From the NCBI GenBank assembly GCA_001643675.2, contig LSRY02000007.1, forward strand, positions 620,001 to 684,000: a stretch of 64,000 nucleotides of DNA. The letters run 5' to 3'. Positions within the stretch are counted from its first letter, which is position 1, and the number at the start of each line of letters is the position of its first letter. The notes under the pieces were generated by a model, which worked only from the letters and a program-made list of their open reading frames with translations, had not been told where the DNA came from and did not search any database. The position numbers and the translations under genes were made by a program. The stretch comes from Monocercomonoides exilis PA203. Taxonomy: Eukaryota; Protista; Preaxostyla. Positions 51,608 through 63,289 of the stretch are shown one piece after another.

Positions 51608-54600
51608 ATGAAAAACAACAGTGAAGGAAAAATTAAAATTCATTCCTGCATGCTGTTTATCATTTATCTTGTTGCAGTTCTGAGTTTTTTCTTGAATGTC
51701 AATGCGTTTGAAGACAATTCTTTGAGAAATACAAATGATGAATCATTCCTTTTCGGATTCTCCAAAAACAATGAAAATACATTTTCCAATCCAAAATTGA
51801 ATAATTCACAAAGCAACAACAGCGAAGATCGATCCACTCATTTTCAAGATGATAAAATATTTGAGTTTTCATGTTTGAAAACTTCATTTTTATTGATAAA
51901 CACCTCAATAACGTTCTCGAAGCAAATGCTGCAAACAAGAGGAGGAACAAATATAGTTGATGGAACTATATCCAACGTGGTTGTTCTCGGGTGTTTGATA
52001 TTGTGCAACGATGAAAAGACAAATGGTCTTTTCAGAATTGCCCATGGAAGAGCACTGTTCAACAACTTATCAATGAACACAAAGTTCCAAAGCAATCAAA
52101 TTCCACAATTATTGGTATCTGAGCATTCAGCCAACAAGAGATGCATTGTGAACGATTTTGAAGCAATCATGTTGTCATCCTCAACATTTTCTGATTTGGT
52201 GTTTGAAAAGGCTCCGATTATTGACTCTTCGCATTCATCTTCTTTGAATATTGCCAAATGTGTCTTCTCGAACATTTCTTCCACTCAAAAGAAGGATCCA
52301 TTTTGTTCAGAAATGTCGGAGCTTCAGAAAGGAAATGGAGCATTCATCATTTCTGGATGTGAATTGCATGGTGTAGAAAATGTGTTTTTTGGAGGAATTG
52401 GAGATAGAAATCGTGCTTTGAATGTTTTCAACACAAGTGTGATGCACTGCGCCAGAACAATGAATTCAAGTTCAAGAGTGGAGGTCAAAGAGGATTGGAG
52501 GTTTGAATGCACAGAATTTGTCAATCAGCATGTCACTGATTATTCAGCAATTGATGAGGGATTTCACACTTGTGGAGGGGCTATTTTATTCAATGGCCCT
52601 TCATCAACACTGAGTGTTCAGGGCTGTATTTTCATGGTTTGATTTGTTTTTTGTTTTCAATCAAAAAATATGAAATATATTGATTTTTTGAATTTTTCGT
52701 TTTGTTTTTTTCATGAAGAATTGTTCCTGCAGCAGATGGGGAGGAGGAATTTGCATTTTGGATTCTTTGAGCACAAAAATAGGGAACTGCACATTCGATT
52801 ATTGCACTGGAAGAAGAAATAACGAAAATGTGGGCTCTCATGGAGGAGCAATCTTAATCGATAAATCTCGCTGCTATGAAATTATTCATTCAACTATAAA
52901 AAATGGATATTCGTCGATGTACGGAGGTGCAATTTTATTAAGTTGCTTCAGAGCTCCTGTTTCAACTGAATGCGACAAGAATACTTTGCAAGACGGATTG
53001 CCAATCCTTTTGTTCAATATCACATGTTCCAATGAATCTGTAAATGAAACTTATGGAGGAGCGCTTTGTGTTAAGTATCCTCCTCCTTCGTTTTTCATAA
53101 TGAGCGAATGTTTCTTTCAAAATTGTTCCGCAAACACTTCATGTGGAGGATGCATTTGGCTAAATGCAAGCACAGTAAATTTGAAAAATAAATTTTGTTT
53201 CTATTGCTTCTTCTTTAATAATTCTGCCTCACAGGCATCAGATGTCTTTTTACATGATACTGATGGAAAGATAAAAGAAAGCCCATTTGTGGAATGTTAT
53301 TCATTGACAAGTGGAGAGAGCAGATGTGTGAGTTCCTCACAAGGCACAAAGAATGAGTGGCTGCCAAATGGATTTCTTGTGAGATATGTCATTCCAGATG
53401 GAGGAAACAACAATGCGCTCTGTGGGTTGACAGTTGAGGATGGCTGCAGCTCATTGAAATTCACATTGGAAGACACATTAACAAAGAGCAGATGCAGAAT
53501 CATGCTAATCGAGGGAACTTTTGAAATGAATGAATCAAATGGATATGTTGTGTTAGGGAAGAGAATTTCTATTCAAGGGAGAGGAAAGGATGAAACACAA
53601 TTGAATCCAGTTCGTGTTGAGGTAGATCAAGTGTTTCTGAATGTGGATGACGGGATATGCAAACTGTCATCTTTGAGCATTGTGTTTGACTCACATGAAA
53701 GTTCAAGATTGTTCAGATTAAGCTCCTCGAATTCTCAATTGTTTCTCCAAGAGCTTGTCATCAGCACACCATTGAACCAGGAATGCCTTCCCTCAAAAGA
53801 ATTTTTGAACAGTTTGTTTGAGGTGAATTTTGCCAATTTTCGAATGACTGATTGCATTGTCAAGAACATCTTGTCCAAGGCCAGTCTCTTTCAAGAAGCT
53901 TCTTCTGCTTCATTGTTGTTGCTGTCTTCATCTTTTTCTCTTCCAAACAGTGATGAATGCGTCGTTGCCAATTCCAACTTTTCACATGTGACAAAAACAG
54001 AAGGGGATGGAGCAGTGATGTCAAAGACAATCAGTGAGGGAGAGTCATTTTGTCTGTGGAACACAACAATCGAGAATTGCAAGTGCAATAGTGGGAGTGG
54101 AGGAGGGATCAGGATTGACATGACATCGTCCACCAGCTCCTTCAGAATGGGATCCTCCTCGTTTCCAACCACACTCGACTCGTGTTCATGCAGCAAGTGT
54201 GGAGGAGGATTGTTTCTTTGGCTGGGGGATGGGGCAGCAGACTTTGTGATTTCATCAGTGAGTTTTGTGGATTGTGAGGCAAGAGAGGGAGGGAGAGATA
54301 TCTTTGTAAATGGGAGCAACATGAATGGCGAGACAATCAATTTGGAGAAGATTTGTGTTTCACTGAATGGGCTGGGATATGAAGAGTTGATGGGCTTTGA
54401 TAGAAGTCGGAGTGAGATGGGAATGTTTCCATTGAATGTGTTTTGGGAGTCATTCCAACCACCAGCACATGTTGGAGGAACTGAAGAAAACTGGGTTTTT
54501 GATTCGAATTTTTGTGGATTCAGCGATTTCCCATGTCAGACGATAATGCATGCTGCTCAGCTCAGATTTGGTTCATCACAAAGGCAGATTGTTGTTGGAG

Positions 54601-57600
54601 AGGGATATGAGCTGGATGAGGAGATGGTGATGGACGGACCAGTTTGGAACATCTCGTGTGAGGAAAGGGGAATGGTTGTTGATGTGCATGAACCACAAGC
54701 AGAGCTCTCCAATCAATGGTTGGTGAGTGTTTCCACAGAGTGCTCAATATACAACATCTGCTTCTCTCTTCCTTCTTCTCTCTCAGATGCCCACTCTTTC
54801 ATCACACTCCCCACTTCCACTTCCTCTTTCACTCTCTCAAACTGTTCATCAATGAATTCAACATCTGAGATTGTGAATGAGATTGGATTCTGCTTTGTGA
54901 GTGTGGTTGGAGGGGAGTTGAAGATGGAAATGTTTGAGACAAAAGGAGCAATGGTGTTTTCATCGTATTCGTTGATTGAATTGAAGGGGAGTGGTTTTGT
55001 TGTGAATTGTGTTGAGTGTGTTTTTGAGGGAATCACAAAAGAGAATGGAGATGGAGCTTGTGTTTGTGTTTGTGTTGAGGATGAGTCAAGTGCTCATGAG
55101 TCAGAAAAGAAAAAGCTGATTATTGACAATTGTACATTGAATGGATGCTGGGCAAAAGGGAACAGAGCAAAAGGGGGAGGGTTGCATGTGTGTCTGAGAG
55201 GCAATGATGAAATGATTGTGAATGGATCATCGAAGTTTGAAGGGTGCTGTGCAGGAAAGAGGGAAGAAGGAGAAGAGGATGGATGTGGAGGAGGAATATT
55301 TCTATCATTGGAGGATGATGCAACTCAGATTGTTCTCCTGGATATGAAGTTTGAGGGGTGCTGTGCCTGGAAAGGGAAGAATGTGTTTGTGAATGGGAGC
55401 TCTCTGGATGAGGTTGTGGATTCCGCGCATTTCTGCTGGGAGATGAGTGAGAAGGAAAAGTCATCGATGGAGGAGCTGTGTGGGTGGGAGAGAGGCAGCA
55501 CAGGGGTTGGGTTTGTGATTCCGCTTGTGGTGTATCTGTGGAGCAACTTCAGTGGGAATGGGTTTGTCGATGGGGAGGAAGGAGGAGACTTCAGTGGATG
55601 TGGATATGCTGCTGCTCCATGCAGATCAATCTCCCATCTCATCTCTCTCAAATTCACCCCACTCCCTGGAAGTTCTTCTGATGATGATGATGAAGATGGA
55701 TTGTCCATCTCAGTGTCTCACATTTCCTCACTCACCTCATCCCTTTCCCTTTCATCTTCTGTTGAATCAGAACAAATCTCGATGAAATTCATTGGGAAAG
55801 ACAATGAGTCAGGGATTGGTGTGGGTGATGATGCGGTTGGAAATGAAGAATGGATGATACATTCTACAATCCATCTTTCATTTGAGGTTCTCTCCTTCCA
55901 CATCCCAACAGCATTTGCCCATCACAGAACATTCATCAGATCCTCAACTTCCTCATCGCTTCTCCAAATGAAGCACTGCTCTTTCACCCCTCAAAGTTCA
56001 AGTGAATCTGTCTCATTCACTTTGCTGAGTGTTTCAGAGGGAGATCTGCTGATTGATAACTGTTCACTGTCCTCATTTTCATCCACTCACCCATTTCTCC
56101 TTGTTTCACTTCCTTCTCAGTCAATCGCCATTTCTAACATGACAGTCTCGAATGTCTCGATATCTTCGTGCTCTCTTGTTTCATTCGAAAGAACACCGTC
56201 TCATCTGCCTGTGAATTCATCTGCTCACAACGAAGTGTCAGACAAGCCTTGTTGCTCCCTCCAAATCCAGTCATCCTCATTTGCCAACACCACGTGCTCT
56301 GGTGACAGTGCAACCAGTCTTTGCCTCGGAGTGTTCGATGCTGTGGAGAGTGTTGTTGAGAAGTGCACATTCAGCCGGTGTGTGAGCGAGGCGAGTGAAA
56401 GGGGAGGAGCGCTGATGATGTGTGTGAAGAGCGAGGAGTCATCGGCGGAGGTGAGGCAATGCTCATTCACACTCTGCAGGTGCTCGACTGTGGACGGAAG
56501 AGGAGGAGGAATGATGTTTGATTGTGTGGATCCCTCATCACCAGCACCTTCACCGACACCAACAACAGATGGCTCATCTTTTCTCCCACTGAAGATTTCA
56601 GAGATCCGATTCACAATGAATGATGCACTGGTGGGGAAGGACATATTCATCAACTGCCAATCGATCGAGCAGCAGATCAACGAAACACTCTTTGCTCTCG
56701 ACTTCACCCAGGAGTCGCTCCAATCGAACAAGTCCATCTGTGCGAGTGATGCTGATGAGCAGGATGTGGACTTGATCCCCTTGATCACGTTTTTGTATGC
56801 ACCCCAGATCTTTGTGTGTCTCGATTCGGCAGACACTCGCCAGTGTGGATTGCCAACAAACCCCTGCCAGAGCATCTCATCTGCTGTTCACCACATCCAG
56901 CCAGGACTGCTCAACACCATTTTCATCAACACCTCATCCACCTTCCTCTCAGAGACAACTGTGCATGGGCTGTCCATCCTGCCTTCGACAAAGCAGCAGG
57001 CAACAATCCAGCTGAGCACAACCATTCCACACACAGGAGATGCCCAGAGTGTGGTTCTGTTTGAGGAGGATTGCACAGTTCGCAACTGCCTGATATCATT
57101 TGCCTCTTCGTTTGAGGCAACACACTCAGCGGTATTCGCTGAAATGTCTGGATCGTTGGAAGTATCTCAATGCACATTCACAGCAGCCGATGCTTCGTTG
57201 GAGCTGGATTCACATGTGATGGCTGTTTGGGGAGGTGTTCTGAAGATGAGCGAGACATCATTCAGCTGGCTGTCTTTTGCAAAGCCCTTGCTTTTGTTTT
57301 CAGATGAATCAGAAATTGTGCTTTCCCAAATGACTCTGGAGTCTCTCACATCGACTGCTGATGTTGTTTCAATTGGATCGAATGCAACTGTCTCGATTGA
57401 AAAAATGAACTGTTCCAACATTTCATTGAGCAATGGCTGTCTGATCTCAACGAACAAAGAAGAACTGAACATGAATGGAAATGGAAGAAGAAATGATGAA
57501 GGTGAAGGAAATCTCAGAATATCAACTGCAGTTTTTGAGAATATTACATCAAATGAGAATGATAACAACAACAAAAGTGTTGTGAGAATTGAGAGGAGCA

Positions 57601-59843
57601 AGACAAGTGTGAATCTGATAAATTGTTCGTTTTCTTATTGTCTGCTTTCAGCTGAGAAAGGAAGCCAGTTGTCTGTTTCGGACAGTTCAGATGTGTCTGT
57701 TGTTTCGTGTTTGCTTGATGGCAAAGCAACAGATGATCCAGTCAGCCATCAGAAGTGTAATAATCTGGGAGAAGATGAAGAAAATGACAAAGAACTCAAC
57801 CCATTGTGTGGTTGGAATGGATCGGTTGTGGATGTGAAGTCAAGCAATGTGACAATGAAAGACACCACAATCAGCAACTCGAAGAAAGGAGGGCTTTCAT
57901 TGTTTGGTGGATGTTTGAAGATTGAGAAAGGAGAGTTCATGAATAACAATCCATCTATTCAGAATTATCCATCAGCAAGAAGGAACATCCTGTGTGAAGG
58001 CTCTTCAGAATTGAGTGTTGTGAGTTTGAAGGGAGGTGATGGAACATTGCCAAATCTCTCACTTTGGATATTGGATGGAGGATGTTCATTGGAAGGGATT
58101 GCCGGAGAAAGGGCATCTCCCTTTTTCATTCCGAAGGTGGAGAGTGTGTCATATGAAAAGTCAGGGGAGAAGGTGAATCTTGTGTTCAGAGGATCACTGC
58201 TCCTCCCTTGCAATCTCTCATTCGAAACAGTTGCAGCAGAAGGAGATGAAGAGGTGGTTGAGAAGCATTTGTTTGATGAAAGAGGTTTCATATCAGAAGA
58301 AGAGGTTCATGGATTTGTTCCTGTGGAAACAATTGAAGGTGTGGCAAATGGAGCAGAAGTGAGAGTGTGCATTCTGTTTGGAAAAGCTGATTCGCCATCC
58401 ACAACTGAGTCATTCATTCTGAAGAACAGGAGTGTCTCAGAATCAAAAGGAGATGAAAGAATTGTCGAAGGAGGAAAAGAAGGTAAATCGATATGGCCAA
58501 TCATTGTTGTTGTATTATCTGTTTTGTTTTTGATTGTTCTCATTGTTTCGATTGCATTGGCAGTCAGATGGAGAAAGGTTAAGAATGAAGCGAAAGATCT
58601 GAGAGAGATTGTGAATGACGCAGTGAAGAAGGATCCAAAGGCATTTGAGATGGTGACGATGGAGATGTCACCTGAGGAGCAGTGGTGGAGAGCAGAAAGG
58701 GAGGCAGAGAAGAAGAATGAAGAGAAGATAAAAAAGAGGGTGTATGAGAATAACTTGGGGCATTCCGAGTCATCAGAGCATTTGCTGAGTGAATGTGGAT
58801 CGACTGAATACATTCTTGGCCAAGACTCAGACAAGATTCCCAAATGGATGCTGGAGAAGGTTGATGAGAAGGAGGAAGAGGAAGAGGTGAGAAAGAGATC
58901 TCCTTCACCTTCTATCTCATCCACTTCAACAACTGATTCAGATTCAACATTTGTTCGATCGGAGAGTTTGTGTCCAACCACTTCATCCATGTCGAATCTG
59001 GTGGATGCAATTGCCTGTTCATCAGTGTTTGAAAAGCTGATTGTGGATTTGAGAGATTCGCTGTTCATGCTGCTCCATGGGAGGAATGAGAAGAAGGAGA
59101 TGGCGATAGGCACTTTGCAGGAGAGAGAACACACAGCTGCGCAGGTGTTGTTCTGGGTGGCGAATGGGGCACTCCACTCATTTGAGAATGAAGAAGACGA
59201 GCTGACCTCTCTTGCCAATCTGAGCCCTCACATTGTGTTGTTCTCAGAGCACATGATCATCTGCATTGCCAAACATTCCGACTTCTCTTCAGATGATTCA
59301 GATTCCTCATCCATCTCCTCCGCCTCCACCATCATCACATCTTCCTCTGACTTCTCATCTGCCAACAGGAATGGTCGAGGTTCACCACCACCCTCATCAG
59401 CGTTTGAGGATGAGGATGACAACAGGAAGGAGTGTCTGAGGTGGAAGGCACCCGAGCTGCAGATGAACAAGAAGATGGGAGCAACAAAGGAGTCGGTTTC
59501 ATTCTCGATTGGGATGATGCTGTGGGAGTGCCTGACCCTGCAGATCCCATTTGGGGAGTATGAGGCAGTGGTGGCTGGGCAGAAGATTGTGAATAGGGAG
59601 AGGCCAGACATGAAGGGGGTTGAAGGGAACGTATTTGAGGCAGTTGTGAAGAGCTGCGTGTCGGAAAGAGGGTGCGAACGTGTGGAGCTGAATGTGCTGA
59701 AGAGAGAGTTCATCCAGCACTTTCCTCCCGGCACAGTGATGGTGACGATGTCAGATGCGATTGGATCCAACGAGATGTCAGAGGAAGAGGAGTCGAGTGT
59801 GTCAGCAGAGGCAAGAAAGCTGATTGAAAGCATGAATAGATGA
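51608..59843 (+). CDS. Intact giant receptor-like pseudokinase (~2700 aa): signal peptide, 4 CG-x5-PC/GGA modules, membrane-proximal module, TM, kinase-like C-lobe
   Basis: ORFs 51608-52642 and 52713-59843 join through a phase-0 GT-AG intron at 52637-52718 (QGCIFM|NCSCSRWGGGI). Signal peptide MLFIIYLVAVLSFFLNVNA (possible true start 51650). TM IWPIIVVVLSVLFLIVLIVSIALAV. Kinase-like motifs LRWKAPE, FSIGMMLWECLTLQIPF, ERP. Confidence 0.9.
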
Positions 59844-60042
59844 AGAAGAAGAGAAGGAATTTGTTGTTTAATAATGAGAGGAGAATTGTTTTTTCATTAT
59901 TCTGTAAATAAAATGAGTGATTTTTTTCTTCAAAAATGCATCATTTGTTGTTTTCTGTTTGTGGCGTGCTTGCTACGACTTCAATTGGATGAAGATGCAA
60001 TTTCTTGTTTATAGAATTGTTTTTTGAGGATGTGAAGGCGAA
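58566..60042 (+). repeat. Right arm of the inverted duplication shared with 1210-2690
   Basis: From LCPTTSS to the stop I count 7 amino-acid substitutions and one 1-codon indel in ~290 codons. The 3' flank is also conserved. Confidence 0.95.
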
Positions 60043-60143
60043 TTTTTTTTTTTATTTTTTTATTTATTTATTTTTTATTTTTTTTTATTTTTTATTTTTT
60101 ATTTTTTATTTTTTTTTTTTTGATTTTTGATTTTTGATTTTTG
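60043..60143 (+). repeat. T-rich (TTTTTA)n/(TTTTTGA)n tract
   Basis: About 100 bp of near-pure T with periodic A/GA, immediately after the conserved 3' block. Confidence 0.85.
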
Positions 60144-60212
60144 AGATAAATCGTTATTTCATTGCGGTTGTTTTTTTTTTTTTCCATTACATTTTTTAAT
60201 CCATTATAACAT

Positions 60213-60390
60213 TGGGACAAAATGTTTTGATTTGTGAATTTTGTTCCACTTAATATTATCAAAAAATTTTCTCAATTTTTAAGTTTTTTTGTATTTTTTA
60301 AATAGTTATTGAAGACTTATTATAATGTGAAGGTGGGAATAGTTTGGAATAAATCTCAGTTATTTTCATAATTGCAAAAATTTTGCCCCA
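60213..60390. mobile_element. ~180-bp MITE-like repeat, copy 2, with TGGGACAAAAT...ATTTTGCCCCA termini
   Basis: 11-bp terminal inverted repeat with 1 mismatch plus an inner ttttgttcca/tggaataaa inverted pair. Homologous to 49051-49234 and 63700-63880. Confidence 0.65.
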
Positions 60391-60689
60391 TATTTTGATC
60401 AAACATCCACTTCTGACAGTTCAAAATATTACGTTGAAGAAATATAAAGATTTAAAAAAAAATCGCAATAGAAATAACTACGAGACGTGGAACTTTCGTT
60501 TGAAGTTATAAATGCGAATTCTTTATACGAAAAAGTTATAGCTGCTCTTGATGTTTTTGCATAGAAGGTTTGTTTTCAATCAGAAGCGTTAAACACCATG
60601 ACCCAATATTTTTCTTGCGCTATCAGATGTTATTGCTCCGGACAAACTTGGAACGTGAAGGGCACTCACCAAAGACTTTTTTTGCTGTA

Positions 60690-61780
60690 TTTAGAGGGAG
60701 TGGAAAATGAGCTGATAATAATTCTCCGAAAATTTCATCAACGTGATGGAAATTCTACACTCGATAAATGTGAAATCAATTGTTAAAAAATGAAAAGGCA
60801 AAATGTGCAATCATTTAGGATGGCTCTTCACTTTGGACTTGTTCCTGTTATCAAGCATTTTGATTAACAACTTGCGTTACCTTCTTCAGCAAATGTGTCC
60901 AGATTCATTTCAAAGCACAAGCTGAAAGTTCTCTCTCACTTTTTTATCACCCCAACCAAATTGAACTCAACATGCAAGTCAAACATCAGAGAATGGTTAA
61001 ATTTAATGCTCAATAAAGATACAAAGCCATCAATCAACAAGCATAATATATTTAACTCAGATGAATGGAACACTGATTTTTGTTCAGAACAAAAATTAAT
61101 CGTGCCAGCCGAAGCAAAACGAGCACATGCTTCCACAGAAGATTACTCAAATAATCATTTATCAATAATGACCACCATTGGACCACATTGCATAGCGCCT
61201 CCACCATTTATCATCATTTCTGCCTTGAAAACGGTTCCTCCTGAACTTTTGGAGTACAAAAAAGCAGGTTCATGCGAAATCCACGTCAATGCATCAAGGT
61301 GGATGGACAGAAATGCTTTCTACTGTTATGCCGTTCATTTCTGCTCATGGATACCAATTTGCAAGTCGCTTGGAGTTATTCAATGCAATTCTCCTGTTTT
61401 TTTATTTCTTGATGGTCATCCATCTATTCTTTGCTTTTCAGCGTTGTTTTTATTTGAACAATATTAAATTTTCGTTTTCACTCTGCCTGGTAATTTGACT
61501 TACATAGTGCAACCTTTTGATGTTGGAATTGCTTGTCCTCTTAGAAACGCATTCAGAAAGCTGATGAGGAGAAGGAAAATTAATCGTTGAGTGTGCAATT
61601 GATGCAGAAAAAACTGCAATATCTATTCTGAACAAGGAGAACGCATTCAGGACAACCGGATTGTTCCAAACCAATCCAGAAATATTGGCTTCAAATCAGT
61701 TTGTTTCTGATGATACAGAAAACCCAAAGTGTCCAGAAGGATATAGACAAATGAATTTGAAGTTCGTGTTAAATAACAAA
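60690..61780 (+). mobile_element. Decayed pogo/Tigger-like DDE_1 transposase
   Basis: SRFISKHKL (CENP-B-type HTH end), IFNSDE, PPPFII, NASRWMD, FLFLDGHPS and, after a frameshift, LPGNLTYIVQPFDVGI..PLR. Stops and frameshifts present. Confidence 0.85.
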
Positions 61781-61951
61781 TAAGTCAATTTTTTTCACTT
61801 CAGAAAAGAGAAATGGATAAAAAAATAAAAAATAAATAAACTTCACTGAATAATTAATAGAATAAGATCATAATTTATTATTGAAACGTTATGAATAAAA
61901 AATTCAACGCTATTTGCAGGATTATTAATCATTTAAAATAATATTTTTTTC

Positions 61952-63032
61952 ATGGAAGAAGTGTTCGATTCAAATAATTCACTTGCTTTTCCAGGAATAC
62001 ATCCAAAAAAACAAACTATTCAGATTGTTTCTCAATTCTGAGAAGTCAGAAAAATGGATATTTCAAATAATCATCAAAAACAAGCCAAAATGAAGAAAGC
62101 ACAGAATTAAAATTAATTTGCGGAGTTTCTTTGGAAGGATGCTGTGGATTTGCAGAAAGCGCAGCAATAGAAATTCTGGAAATAACAATGCTTCATTTTC
62201 TCGAAGTGGGATACCAATTAATGTGATTCTGTTTAAAATCCTATTTATTTGGTATTATGCTGGCGCAAATTTTTGTTCGGAAATGTTGGGGATATATTGG
62301 AACTCTGTTGCATATTGGCCATCTGTTATGAGGTGTTGTACGATGGAAATTATAAATCAGAATGAAACCATTCTTGAATGTGAAAACTATATTGTTGAAA
62401 AAGATGAATGTGTTTTGAGGATAAAAAAGCATCATGGAGGAAGAAGAAAAAAACAAATGTGGGTCTTCGGAGCAGTGGAGCGAAAGAAAGATAAAATGGA
62501 TGAAACAAGGAATTATTTTGTCATGATTGAACCAGACAGTTCAGCTTCGACGTTGATTCCTATCATTCAAAAGCACATTCTTCCCATTCAACAATAAAAT
62601 CTGATGAATGGAAGGCATATTCATCTCTTTCTCGCATGGATCCAATCATCAAACAGTGTGCCATTAAAGAAAATATTATGACGAAGATACTCATGCATGC
62701 ACAAATACAATAAAAGGATTATAGAACCATATGCGATGATTTTTCCCTCCCTAACGTATTCAAAAAAATTTGTCGGAGATCAGCATGTTTTTCTGATAAG
62801 ATATAAGAGAAAAAAAGTGAGATTAGAAGAATTTGTATCAAAAATTGTTTTCTTCAAAGAAAAATAAACAGAAGAAGCTGAAAAAGCTGAAGAAACAGAA
62901 GAAAATGAAGAAGAAATACCTGATTTGGATGATTTGATTATTTCAAATGACAGTAAAACAAGTGAAACCGATTATATTGACCCAGGTGATGGTTTATGTG
63001 CCTCTGAGTATTCAGAAAACTCAAAAAGATGA
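61952..63032 (+). mobile_element. Decayed Merlin/ISXO2(IS1595)-like DDE transposase
   Basis: IVEKDEC..KKHHGGR..QMWVFGAVER, SASTLIPIIQKHILP, then IKSDEWKAYSSL, HQTVCH and ACTNTIKGL in shifted frames, followed by an acidic tail. Boundaries approximate. Confidence 0.85.
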
Positions 63033-63289
63033 ACTATTTTTTTAATTCATAAATGATTCTTTTTGAAATCACAACTTTTTTCGGAGTGCTTTTTCTTCAA
63101 AGGTTATATCTCTTCAAAGAGGAATTATTCACTTGAAAGAAAAAAAGCATAATAATTGTTTTTAATCTTGATATTTGCAATTTTACTCATGAAATTGTCT
63201 TCTTTGAAGGAGTTAAAGCTTTTCAGTGTTCATTAATCAATATTCAAAGTGAATTCAAAAAACCGAGATTTTTGATTGGAAAGATAGAA

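Noticed and set aside
58307-59833. Long antisense ORFs (303 aa and 201 aa, with mirrors at 1416-2030)
   Set aside because: These are shadows of the GA-rich sense CDS. Their conservation follows from the duplicated DNA, and they show no independent motifs.
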